NCBI GenBank assembly: GCA_964640155.1 | Contig: CAZXEQ010000001.1 | Span: 201,256 to 233,255, forward strand | Direction of reading: 5' to 3' | Length of the DNA stretch: 32,000 bases | Origin: an uncultured bacterium | GTDB lineage: Bacteria > Auribacterota > JACPWU01 | Shown: in pieces, positions 9,662-18,983 of the stretch | Position numbering within the stretch: the first letter of the stretch is position 1 | Layout of the letters: every line of letters begins with the position of its first letter | The notes under the pieces: model-generated | What the model was told of the DNA's origin: nothing | The model's input: only the letters and a program-made list of their open reading frames with translations | Databases searched by the model: none | Translations under genes and position numbers: made by a program

Positions 9662-12600
9662 CTATAACTTACGACCTATGATTTTTTGTAAGTATTTCGC
9701 TGTATAGGATTCTACTCCATTTTCAATGATCTGCGTTGGAGAACCTTGAGCTACAATACGCCCACCTCCTTCTCCTCCTTCAGGACCTAAATCAATAATA
9801 TGATCCGACTGACGGATCACATCTAGATTATGCTCAATCAAAATCACTGTATTCCCTAAATCCACCAAACATTGCAAAATTTTCATTAACTTTTCAATAT
9901 CTGCAAAATGAAGGCCGGTGGTAGGTTCATCCAAAATATAAAGCGTTTTTCCTCGATTTTTTTTAATCAATTCATGAGCCAATTTAATACGCTGGGCTTC
10001 TCCTCCAGAAAGAGTAGGACTGGGCTGTCCTAACTCCAAATAACCTAACCCCATTTCATCTAATAATTTTAAAGGATCACAAATTTTAGGAATATTTTCG
10101 AAAAACTGAGAACCTTCTTGAATGGTCATCGCTAAAATTTCTGAAATATTTTTTCCTTTGAAAGTAACTTCTAAAGTTTCTTGATTAAACCGAGCCCCAT
10201 GGCATTCATCACACAGCACATAAACTTCAGGCAAAAAACTCATTTCTATTTTGATACGACCTTGCCCTTTACATTTATCACAACGGCCTCCTTCCAAATT
10301 AAAAGAGAAACGACTCGCATTATAGCCTCTCACCTTAGCTTCAGGCATCATCACAAAAAGATCTCTTAAATCTGGGTAAAAGCCTACATAAGTTGAAGGA
10401 ATGGAACGGGGTGTTTTGCCAATAGGAGTTTGATCTACTTCAATAACGCGTTCAATAGGCTCATGCCCAACAATTTCTCCGTGCGCACCTACCACCCCCT
10501 GTTCTCCTTCATATTTTATTTTTCTTAATCCCCGATAAAGAATATCTCTGATCAAAGTGCTTTTCCCAGAACCAGACACTCCTGTCACGCAAATAAGTCT
10601 TCCAAGAGGGATTTTAACATTCATATTTTTAAGATTGTGTTCTTTAGCACCTCGAATCGTGAGAAAAGAAGCAGATTTCAATGAACGAGTTGAAAATGTT
10701 TTAGGCTCAAAAAATTCTTTTAAATATTTCCCCGTGATTGATTGATCAGACTCCATCAACTCCTTGGGACTTCCTTGAGCAATTACGCGACCTCCGTTTT
10801 TTCCAGCACCAGGGCCCAAATCAATCACATGATCCGCTTCTAAGATCGTCTGCTCATCATGTTCAACAATCAAAATACTATTGCCTCTGTCTTTCAATTT
10901 GCAAAGTGTTTCCAACAACTTGTGATGATCACGAACATGAAGACCAATGGTTGGCTCGTCCAAAATGTAACAGACTCCTTGTAAATAAGAACCCAGTTGT
11001 GCAGCCAAACGTACTCTTTGAGATTCACCCCCGGAAAGGGTTTGTACCGGACGATCTAAAGTTAAATAAGCAAGACCCACTTCATTTAAAAACTCCAGAC
11101 GTCGAAGAAGCTCTTTTAAAATATTTTCTGAAATCTGAGCTTCGCGTTCTTGAAATTTTAATCGTTTAAAATATTGATATGCCTCTCGGCATGTCATTTC
11201 AGTGACTTGAGCAATAGATTTTTTATTCACCCACACACCCAATACACTTGATTTTAAGCGCTTTCCAAGACAATCAGGACATGTTTTCTTCTTCACTTCT
11301 TCAAGATCCAATTCGGGATCCACACCTTCAGGTAAATCCCCTTTAAAAACGAAACCTAAACCATGACAAGTTGCACAAGATCCTTGCCGGCTGTTAAAAG
11401 AAAAGAGCTTGGGATCTAATTCTTCAAAACTGATTTCACAACGAGGGCAATAAAGTTTCAGACTATAAAGTTCATCAGCCTTGCCAGATGTGCTCAAGAA
11501 AAAAGAATTTTTCCCAAAATGCAATGCCCGATCAATCGTTTCTTTTAAGAGTTGAGACTCTTTTTGACTGACCCTAAATTCAGCCAAAACTGCATCAATA
11601 TTATGCTCACTAAATCGAATCATAACAGGCGTGGGAGTAATTGCACGAATACGTCCATCAATACGGGCCTTTGAAATTTTCTGTTTTCTTAATTTTTCAA
11701 AGATATCTTTGTGATATCCCTTTTTCCCACGAATCATGGGAGAGAGAAATCGAACGGTTTGTCCCTGATAACGCTCCAGAATACGGTCGTAAATTTGCCG
11801 GGCTGTTTGAGAAGTGATTGTTTGATGACATTGATGACAATGTTGAATACCCACTTTTGAATAAAGAAGTCTTAAAAAATGATAAATTTCCGTCACGGTT
11901 GCTACGGTAGAGCGTGCTCCTCCTTGACTTAACCGCTGCTCAATTGCAACTGTCGGAGGAATGCCTTCCACCCAGTCGATATCAGGTCTGGAGAGCTGTG
12001 TCATAAATTGACGCGCATAAGAAGACAAGCTCTCAATATATCGTCGCTGTCCTTCTGCAAAAATAATGTCATAAGCCAATGTCGACTTTCCTGATCCTGA
12101 AAGCCCAGTAATCACCACCATTTTGTCTCTAGGAATGACCACATCTATATTTTTTAAATTATGTTCTCGAGCCCCTCGCACATGAATCGAATGATCTAAT
12201 GCTATTTCTTGAGTTGAACTTGAATAGGGCAAAGGGGCATGAGAACGTTTTAAAATACTTTTAAGAAATTGCCCTGTATACGAATATTGATTTTTGGCGA
12301 TGTCTTCAGGAGTGCCCACAGCAACAACTTGTCCGCCTGCATCTCCTCCTTCAGGGCCCAAATCAATACAATGATCAGCAGACTTGATCACATCTAAATG
12401 ATGCTCAATGATCAAAACGGAATGTCCTTCTTCGATCAAACGCTCAAAAGTATTAATTAATTTTCGAACATCTTCAGGATGAAGCCCGGTGGTAGGTTCA
12501 TCAAAAAGAAATAAAGCATTTGTTCTTTTAAACACCCCCATAAAATAAGCGAGTTTAAGCCTTTGGGATTCTCCACCCGATAAAGTGTTCAGAGATTGTC

Positions 12601-15121
12601 CTAAACGCAAATACCCTAATCCAATTTCCTCCAAAATTCTTAAAGGTTTTAAAATCTTTTCATGATTGGTAAAAAAACTCATGGCCTGTGTAATGGTTAA
12701 ATCCAAAACTTCTGAAATATTTTTATCCTGATATTTAATTTCTAGTATTTCTTTTCGATAGCGCTTCCCTCCACACTCTGAACATTTTACATACACATCT
12801 GAAAGAAATTGCATTTCTATTTTTTCACATCCATCCCCTTCACAAGCGTCGCAACGCCCCCCCGCGACATTAAAAGAAAAAACACTCGGTTGAAAATGAC
12901 GAATCTTTGACAAAGAGGTTTGTGAAAAAAGATTTCTAATTTCATCAAAAATCTTCATATAGGTTGCAGCATTAGATCGAGGTGTTTTCCCAATGGGGTC
13001 TTGATCGATTAAAATAACTTCATCTACATTATTGGCACCTACAATTTCAGAGCAGATTCCTGGCACTCCCACAAATTCACCTTTTAATTTTTTAAGTCCT
13101 CGATACAAGACTTCCTCGACTAAAGTACTTTTACCCGAACCTGACACCCCCGTTACACAAACAATGTTGTTAAGAGGAATCACGACATCAATATCTTTTA
13201 AATTATTCTGAGAAGCCTTGCGAATATAAATAGATCGATAACGTGAAGATTTTCGACGTACTTTAGGAATAGGAATTTCTAAACTCCCACTCAAATATCT
13301 TCCTGTAAGAGAACGAGGATGCCCCGTCAAAGCTTCAACTTTCCCCTCGAAGATGATTTGTCCCCCGGCCTCCCCTGCACCAGGACCCAAATCAATGATA
13401 TGATCTGAATAGCGAATAATATCTAAATCATGCTCCACCAAAACAATCGTATTTTGATTTTTTTTGAGGCGATGAAGAATTTTGATAAGACGAGCATTGT
13501 CTCTAGGGTGAAGACCAATGCTAGGTTCATCTAAGATAAAAAGAGTATTTACAAGATTTGTTCCAATGGCTGTCGTTAAATTGACCCTTTCAACTTCACC
13601 CCCCGAAAGAGTTTTAGAAGGTCGATCCAAGGTCAAATAACTTAAGCCCACATCTTTTAAATAGCCCAATCGTGACTTTACTTCTTGCAGAAGAATTTCA
13701 GCTACTTTTCGTTCAGATCCAGAAGGAAACGCAATTTTTTCAAAAAAAGCTAAAGCCTCTTCTACATTCATGGCATAAACTTCGCAAACCGTTTTATCTG
13801 TTACCTTAACTAAAAGTGTATCTGGTTTAAAACGAGTCCCTTTGCAATCTGAACAAAGCACATAACTGCGATATTTAGAGAGCAAAACACGAATATGCAT
13901 TTTGTAGGCTTTGGTATTAAGCCATTCAAAAAATCCTCGAATGCCATACCACTCCCCTTCTCCTTGAATAACCCAGGCTTTAGCCCAATCTGGCAATTCC
14001 TGAAAAGGGACATTTATTGGAATATTCTTTTCTCGCGCATATTTCAAAAGTTCTTTCTGAGCTTCAAAATAGGATTCTGTCTGCCAAGGACGAATCGCCC
14101 CTTTTTCCAAACTTTTATTTTTATCAGGGATAATCAAATCTAAATCCACATCAATCATTCGCCCAAATCCACGGCACGTTGGGCAAGCCCCTAAAGGGTG
14201 ATTAAATGAAAAAAGATTGGGAGTTAAATCTTGATAATAAATATCGCAATCGGGGCAATGATAATGATGGCTGAATTTTAGAACATGAGAGGATTTACTA
14301 GGGTGCTGTTGAAGTTCTACATTCCAAAGAGGGAAAATAGAGAGAACTCCTTTTCCAAATTCATACGCTTGTTCCAGAGAATCCATCAACCTTTGCTTCT
14401 CTGATTCTTCAACTTTTACACGGTCTACAAAAATAGTTAAGCTTTGTCCTCGCATTTTTTCGATCAAAGATTCATCCATTTCAAGAACTTGATTCTCCAA
14501 AATAATCTTACGAAAACCCATTTTGGAAAAACCGTCTAACAATTCTTTGGCTTCTAGCTTTGAAGAAATACGAAGAGAAAAACCGATCAAAATCATTTGA
14601 TGGGAAACTCTTTTTAACAAAGCTTCATAAATCGTTTCTGGAGTATCAATCTTAACCTCTCGAAAGCATTGACGGCAATAAAGTCGACCCAATTTCGCAT
14701 AAATCAATTTCACAAAATCTGTGATCTCTGTCATGGTTCCAACGGTAGATCTCGAACCTCGTACACGATCGGTTTGATCAATAGCGATGGCGGGTAATAT
14801 CCCTTCAACATGCTCAACAGCGGGTTTATCCATACGATCCAAAAATTGGCGCGCATAAGCAGAAAAGCTCTCTACATAACGACGTTGGCCTTCAGCATAA
14901 AGGGTGTCAAAAGCTAAACTGGACTTCCCCGATCCACTTACTCCTGTAATCACAGTAATTTCGCCCAAGGGAATTTTGACATCAATATTCTTCAGATTAT
15001 GTTGGCGAACCCCTTTTAGTGAAATGAAACCTCGGGGGTCATCATTATGCTGAGATTCGATAGAAGGTAACTTTGCTTTGGAATTTTTCAAAAGCTCTTT
15101 TGAAGGGGAATCTAATTTCAC
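9662..15121 (-). CDS. uvrA: Excinuclease ABC subunit A, covalent tandem duplication (two complete UvrA modules in one 1,819-aa chain)
   Basis: Four Walker A boxes (GVSGSGKSS, GVSGSGKST, GLSGSGKST, GVSGSGKST). Four signatures (LSGGEVERV, LSGGESQRL, LSGGESQRV, LSGGEAQRI). Four Walker B/H-loop pairs and two sets of UvrA zinc modules. The diagnostic AEGQRRYVES(F/L)S(A/S)YARQF occurs twice. GTG start at 15121 with AGGAGA 6 nt upstream. Confidence 0.95.
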   Translation of the reverse strand: MKLDSPSKELLKNSKAKLPSIESQHNDDPRGFISLKGVRQHNLKNIDVKIPLGEITVITGVSGSGKSSLAFDTLYAEGQRRYVESFSAYARQFLDRMDKPAVEHVEGILPAIAIDQTDRVRGSRSTVGTMTEITDFVKLIYAKLGRLYCRQCFREVKIDTPETIYEALLKRVSHQMILIGFSLRISSKLEAKELLDGFSKMGFRKIILENQVLEMDESLIEKMRGQSLTIFVDRVKVEESEKQRLMDSLEQAYEFGKGVLSIFPLWNVELQQHPSKSSHVLKFSHHYHCPDCDIYYQDLTPNLFSFNHPLGACPTCRGFGRMIDVDLDLIIPDKNKSLEKGAIRPWQTESYFEAQKELLKYAREKNIPINVPFQELPDWAKAWVIQGEGEWYGIRGFFEWLNTKAYKMHIRVLLSKYRSYVLCSDCKGTRFKPDTLLVKVTDKTVCEVYAMNVEEALAFFEKIAFPSGSERKVAEILLQEVKSRLGYLKDVGLSYLTLDRPSKTLSGGEVERVNLTTAIGTNLVNTLFILDEPSIGLHPRDNARLIKILHRLKKNQNTIVLVEHDLDIIRYSDHIIDLGPGAGEAGGQIIFEGKVEALTGHPRSLTGRYLSGSLEIPIPKVRRKSSRYRSIYIRKASQNNLKDIDVVIPLNNIVCVTGVSGSGKSTLVEEVLYRGLKKLKGEFVGVPGICSEIVGANNVDEVILIDQDPIGKTPRSNAATYMKIFDEIRNLFSQTSLSKIRHFQPSVFSFNVAGGRCDACEGDGCEKIEMQFLSDVYVKCSECGGKRYRKEILEIKYQDKNISEVLDLTITQAMSFFTNHEKILKPLRILEEIGLGYLRLGQSLNTLSGGESQRLKLAYFMGVFKRTNALFLFDEPTTGLHPEDVRKLINTFERLIEEGHSVLIIEHHLDVIKSADHCIDLGPEGGDAGGQVVAVGTPEDIAKNQYSYTGQFLKSILKRSHAPLPYSSSTQEIALDHSIHVRGAREHNLKNIDVVIPRDKMVVITGLSGSGKSTLAYDIIFAEGQRRYIESLSSYARQFMTQLSRPDIDWVEGIPPTVAIEQRLSQGGARSTVATVTEIYHFLRLLYSKVGIQHCHQCHQTITSQTARQIYDRILERYQGQTVRFLSPMIRGKKGYHKDIFEKLRKQKISKARIDGRIRAITPTPVMIRFSEHNIDAVLAEFRVSQKESQLLKETIDRALHFGKNSFFLSTSGKADELYSLKLYCPRCEISFEELDPKLFSFNSRQGSCATCHGLGFVFKGDLPEGVDPELDLEEVKKKTCPDCLGKRLKSSVLGVWVNKKSIAQVTEMTCREAYQYFKRLKFQEREAQISENILKELLRRLEFLNEVGLAYLTLDRPVQTLSGGESQRVRLAAQLGSYLQGVCYILDEPTIGLHVRDHHKLLETLCKLKDRGNSILIVEHDEQTILEADHVIDLGPGAGKNGGRVIAQGSPKELMESDQSITGKYLKEFFEPKTFSTRSLKSASFLTIRGAKEHNLKNMNVKIPLGRLICVTGVSGSGKSTLIRDILYRGLRKIKYEGEQGVVGAHGEIVGHEPIERVIEVDQTPIGKTPRSIPSTYVGFYPDLRDLFVMMPEAKVRGYNASRFSFNLEGGRCDKCKGQGRIKIEMSFLPEVYVLCDECHGARFNQETLEVTFKGKNISEILAMTIQEGSQFFENIPKICDPLKLLDEMGLGYLELGQPSPTLSGGEAQRIKLAHELIKKNRGKTLYILDEPTTGLHFADIEKLMKILQCLVDLGNTVILIEHNLDVIRQSDHIIDLGPEGGEGGGRIVAQGSPTQIIENGVESYTAKYLQKIIGRKL

Positions 15122-15133
15122 TGTTTTCTCCTA

Positions 15134-15303
15134 AACCAAGTCACAAATTTTATCTATCAAAATGTGCCTTTTTAGAAAGTAGCGGGTCCTGCCACTCGGC
15201 AGCCCCACCGTCCTCGCTTTAAAGCTGCGGGCGGCGGGGCTCCCCGCCGAGTGGCACCCGCATCCACAAGGACATACTTTGATAGACGCAACCAAGTCAC
15301 AAA
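15134..15303. repeat. G+C-rich imperfect palindromic element flanked by 14-bp direct repeats (MITE-like insertion or structured ncRNA)
   Basis: Direct repeats AACCAAGTCACAAA at 15134-15147 and 15290-15303. Outer inverted repeats 15153-15168 / 15270-15286 (tctatcaaa/tttgataga perfect). Inner arms 15182-15217 / 15224-15261 around a tttaaa apex. Hand count is 61/80 G+C over 15182-15261, in an AT-rich spacer. Confidence 0.55.
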
Positions 15304-15354
15304 AAACCATTCTTTATCATATAAAAATATACAAGTTCTTGCCATAATAAAGCG

Positions 15355-16236
15355 GTGAATAGGAGGCCGTGGATTGGGAATCTTATGCTCTTCTTAAATA
15401 TTAGTTTTGCAGTTCTGTGTCTTACGATCTTGATTTTTATTTATGCCATTTATTATTTTTATCGCTCCTTAAAGCCGCCTCGTTTTATTACGCCTGTGAC
15501 GCCTGAACATTATGGCCTGGCTTATGAAAAAATTTCTTTCAAAACAGAAGATAATGTTTTGATTCGCGGTTGGTTCTTACCTAATATTAATTCTGACCGT
15601 GCCATAATCATCTGTCATGGATATCCCTTTGATAAAGGGAATTTGCTTCCTTTGGCAAAATTTCTGACGACCGACTTCAGTCTTTTGCTCTTCGACTTTA
15701 GGGCCATGGGAGAAAGCGAGGGAAAGATTACAACGGTGGGATACCTTGAGCCTTTGGATTTAAAAGCGGCTTTGAATGAATTAGAAAAAAGAGGATTTAA
15801 AAAAATAGGGGTTTTAGGTTATTCCTTGGGAGCCTCCGTTGCTCTTTTAACAGCTTCAGATCCTAGGATTAAAGCCATCATAGCTGACTCCCCCTTCGCT
15901 TCTCTCAATCCTTTACTTGACGAAATGTTACAAAATTTAGGACCTTTTCGTTTTCTTTTCAAAAAAATACTTATTTATCTTGGAAGAAATTTTCTAAAAA
16001 TAAACTTGAATGATATTTCTCCTAAAGAAATCGTTCGACAAGTTCAAACTCCTATTTTTTTAATTCATGGAGATGAGGATAGACAAATCAAATTAGATCA
16101 TGCCATTCGATTGAAAGAAGCTAACCCCCAATCTCAGCTTTGGATTGTCTCAGGGGCTGATCACGGACAAGCACATGAATTGTATATGGAAGAATATGAA
16201 GAGAGGGTGAAAACTTTTTTAAATTCTTTTTTGTAA
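15355..16236 (+). CDS. Alpha/beta-fold hydrolase with N-terminal membrane anchor
   Basis: TM segment, then IIICHGYPFDKGN and the nucleophile elbow GYSLGAS. C-terminal IFLIHGDEDRQI...GADHGQ fits a Ser-Asp-His triad. GTG start at 15355; alternative ATG at 15385. Confidence 0.75.
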   Translation: MNRRPWIGNLMLFLNISFAVLCLTILIFIYAIYYFYRSLKPPRFITPVTPEHYGLAYEKISFKTEDNVLIRGWFLPNINSDRAIIICHGYPFDKGNLLPLAKFLTTDFSLLLFDFRAMGESEGKITTVGYLEPLDLKAALNELEKRGFKKIGVLGYSLGASVALLTASDPRIKAIIADSPFASLNPLLDEMLQNLGPFRFLFKKILIYLGRNFLKINLNDISPKEIVRQVQTPIFLIHGDEDRQIKLDHAIRLKEANPQSQLWIVSGADHGQAHELYMEEYEERVKTFLNSFL

Positions 16237-16254
16237 GGATCTAAAAACTTCAAC

Positions 16255-17454
16255 TTAAGACTCACCTTTTGACAAATAAAATCTATAACTCTTTTCAAGC
16301 TGTGCAAATTTCAGAATTTTATCTTTTAAATCATTAGGAATTTTTTCTAATTGAAGAGCTTCTGTGAGTTGATTTAGATTTAAATCTGAAAAATTCATCC
16401 ACTCACCACTTTCCTTCACAAGCTTTTCTAAATCGGATCGACGAGGATCATCTTTAAGAGGAAATTGATAGCCTTCTTTTATTTTCACACGCAATTTACA
16501 ATCACTCCCATAAATGATCTCAACCCCTTCTTTATCTGCATATTCAATAAGTGCCTTTTTTAATTTTTCTAACTCTTCATCCAAGGTCTTCACTGTTTTA
16601 TTCTTTTGCATTGAGAGCTCTGCATAACGATTCACCAAATTAACACCGGGTTCATTCAAATACTCATTAACGGACAGAGCTTCCACCTTTTGCTGATGTT
16701 TCATCAAAGGACAAATATCAATAAATTCACACCAAGGGCATATCGCGCCTTGTTTGGGAGGAAATTCTTTAGTTTGCTCAATTTCATGAATTAACTTTCT
16801 TGTGTCTTGGCGTAAAGCATCCAGTTCTTCAATACTTCTTTCTGAAACGAGATCTCGATCAAACGCCAAATAATGCCAAATCAGTCTTACTTTTTTGACA
16901 TCTGGCCAACGCTGCTGAATACCAATTTGATACAAAGCCAATTGTCTATCCTGATCTGCACTTTCTTGAGTCGGAAGAGATTGTCCAGTTTTATAATCAT
17001 GAATTTCAATAATCCCTTCTGAACCTTGCGAAATCCGATCAATATAACCAATAATGCGATATTCTCCTTTCTCATCCAACTCAACAAAAATTTGTTGTTC
17101 AAGACCTATTGTTCTATCTTGCTCAAAGGGATAGAATCTGCGGTAATAATCGCGAATACATTTTTCGCCCAGCACACGATAATTTTCAGATGTATAATCT
17201 TTTCTAATAATTTCAACATTCTCAGTCCAGTTTTTGCGCCAAGCATCATTATAAAAAGTCAAAAGGTCCCCCAAACTATCGACTTTGGTTACCTTCAAAT
17301 CTTTATAAAGTTTCTCAAGTGTTTCATGAACACGTTTGCCCACAAAAGCTTCGATCGTTTCTCGACCTAGTTTGATTTTATCAATGTAGCGGTATTTATA
17401 CTGGAGAGGACATGTCTCGTAAGTACTTAATTTGGAGTGAGAATAAATGGGCAT
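16255..17454 (-). CDS. PD-(D/E)XK nuclease with Cas4/AddB-type Fe-S cysteines, plus about 150-aa coiled-coil C-terminal extension
   Basis: C15 (YETCPLQY) plus CPWCEFIDIC form the four-Cys pattern of Cas4/AddB nucleases. Also GYIDR, EIHDYKTG (D/E-x-K) and QLALYQ (QxxxY). The start ATG shares one base with the phoU stop (TAATG at 17456-17452). Confidence 0.75.
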   Translation of the reverse strand: MPIYSHSKLSTYETCPLQYKYRYIDKIKLGRETIEAFVGKRVHETLEKLYKDLKVTKVDSLGDLLTFYNDAWRKNWTENVEIIRKDYTSENYRVLGEKCIRDYYRRFYPFEQDRTIGLEQQIFVELDEKGEYRIIGYIDRISQGSEGIIEIHDYKTGQSLPTQESADQDRQLALYQIGIQQRWPDVKKVRLIWHYLAFDRDLVSERSIEELDALRQDTRKLIHEIEQTKEFPPKQGAICPWCEFIDICPLMKHQQKVEALSVNEYLNEPGVNLVNRYAELSMQKNKTVKTLDEELEKLKKALIEYADKEGVEIIYGSDCKLRVKIKEGYQFPLKDDPRRSDLEKLVKESGEWMNFSDLNLNQLTEALQLEKIPNDLKDKILKFAQLEKSYRFYLSKGES

Positions 17455-18125
17455 TATTTCAACTTCTTTTCCTCAAGATGATGTTTGATGTTTTTACCTT
17501 GAACAAGATAAATCACATCTTCACCAATATTGGTTGCGTGATCCGCAATTCTCTCAATATGGCGTCCTATCAAAATCAAATCTACAGCCCGTGTGATGGC
17601 TGAAGAATTTTCAATCATGTAAGTCAAAAGTTCTCGAAAAATTTGGTCGTTTAAATTGTCAACTTCATCATCACTCTGACAAACCGTCCTTGCCAATTTC
17701 GCATCACGATTTACAAAAGCATCTAAACTATTTTTGACCATTTTTTGAGCCAAAGCCGCCATACGTGGAAGATCAATTAAGGGCTTCAGAAGTGGTTGTT
17801 TAAAGAGGTCTAGCGCACGTTCTGCAATATTGACAGCTTGATCTCCCATCCGTTCCAGATCATTCACAATTCTCATGACCATCGTAATAAATCTTAAATC
17901 CGATCCAGCAGGCTGATGCAAGGCTAGAAGTTTAAGACATGTTTCTTCAATCTCAACTTCCATCATATTAATGGCGTCATCTGAACGAATCACATCTTCT
18001 GTCAATACTTGATCACGATCCACCAGTCCTTTAACAGATCGACTGACCGCTTCTTCAACCAATCCCCCCATTTTCAAAAGTTCTTGGCTTAATTGCTTTA
18101 ACTCTTCATCAAAATGTCGTTCCAT
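17454..18125 (-). CDS. phoU: Phosphate signalling/transport accessory protein PhoU
   Basis: 223 aa, two-repeat PhoU architecture (DDAINMMEVEIEE..., NDLERMGDQAVNIAE / DDEVDNLNDQIFRE..., RHIERIADHATNIGE), in the last canonical pst operon position. Confidence 0.9.
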   Translation of the reverse strand: MERHFDEELKQLSQELLKMGGLVEEAVSRSVKGLVDRDQVLTEDVIRSDDAINMMEVEIEETCLKLLALHQPAGSDLRFITMVMRIVNDLERMGDQAVNIAERALDLFKQPLLKPLIDLPRMAALAQKMVKNSLDAFVNRDAKLARTVCQSDDEVDNLNDQIFRELLTYMIENSSAITRAVDLILIGRHIERIADHATNIGEDVIYLVQGKNIKHHLEEKKLK

Positions 18126-18154
18126 ATATGATATTCATCTCCCCTTATATGTTT

Positions 18155-18910
18155 TCATCCAAATCTTCCAGAAATATAGTCATTTGTCCTTTGATCCAAC
18201 GGATTGGTGAAAATCTTGCTCGTTTCACCAAATTCAACAAGCTCTCCTAACAGCATAAAACCCGCTTCATCAGAAACTCTAGCAGCTTGTTGCATATTAT
18301 GCGTAACGATCACTATAGTGTAGCGCTCTTTAAGATCAAACATCAACTCCTCAATTTTAGCAGTCGCCACTGGATCCAAAGCAGAGCAAGGTTCATCCAT
18401 CAATACAACATCCGGCTCAACCGCAAGAACTCTGGCAATGCAAAGACGTTGCTGTTGTTCCCCTGACAAATTTAATGCAGAACGATTCAAACGATCCTTA
18501 AGCACATCCCATAATTCCACAGATCGCAAGCAATTCTCTACCACTTCTTCTACATCTCTAACTTTTGTTAATTGATGAATACGCAGACCATAAGCAACAT
18601 TTTCAAAAATAGAAATAGGGAAAGGATTAGGTCTTTGAAAAACCATTCCAATTCTCTTTCTCAGAGAAAGTAAATCAACATTGGTCCCATAAATATTCTG
18701 ATCATCAATCAGAACTTCTCCTTCAACACGCACACCATCAATCGTATCATTCATGCGATTAAAAACTCTAAGTAATGTTGATTTTCCGCATCCTGAAGGA
18801 CCAATCATGGCTGTAATAGATTGTGCACGAATTTCCATATGAACACCTTTAAGCGCATGGAAAGAACCGTAATGTAAATTAAGATTTTTTACAGAAATTT
18901 TTGAGTTCAT
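18155..18910 (-). CDS. pstB: Phosphate ABC transporter ATPase PstB (canonical motifs)
   Basis: [10 protein letters not shown]-loop [34 protein letters not shown]-loop [13 protein letters not shown], and C-terminal DYISGRFG. Start set at the ATG at 18910 ([15 protein letters not shown]). The ORF-track extension to 19057 would overlap the upstream pstB. Confidence 0.9.
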   Translation of the reverse strand: MNSKISVKNLNLHYGSFHALKGVHMEIRAQSITAMIGPSGCGKSTLLRVFNRMNDTIDGVRVEGEVLIDDQNIYGTNVDLLSLRKRIGMVFQRPNPFPISIFENVAYGLRIHQLTKVRDVEEVVENCLRSVELWDVLKDRLNRSALNLSGEQQQRLCIARVLAVEPDVVLMDEPCSALDPVATAKIEELMFDLKERYTIVIVTHNMQQAARVSDEAGFMLLGELVEFGETSKIFTNPLDQRTNDYISGRFG

Positions 18911-18983
18911 TTTTAAATCATCATTGTTTTTTAAATTTTGGGTCTTATCTTTTTTAACTGGCAACCCGCCAACGGCTAACTGA

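Noticed and set aside
10181-14143. Several 60-143-aa ORFs on both strands inside uvrA (for example 10738-11169, 13810-14013, 13895-14143)
   Set aside because: They are embedded in a continuous, motif-dense 1,819-aa UvrA reading frame. None has an RBS or recognisable domains.
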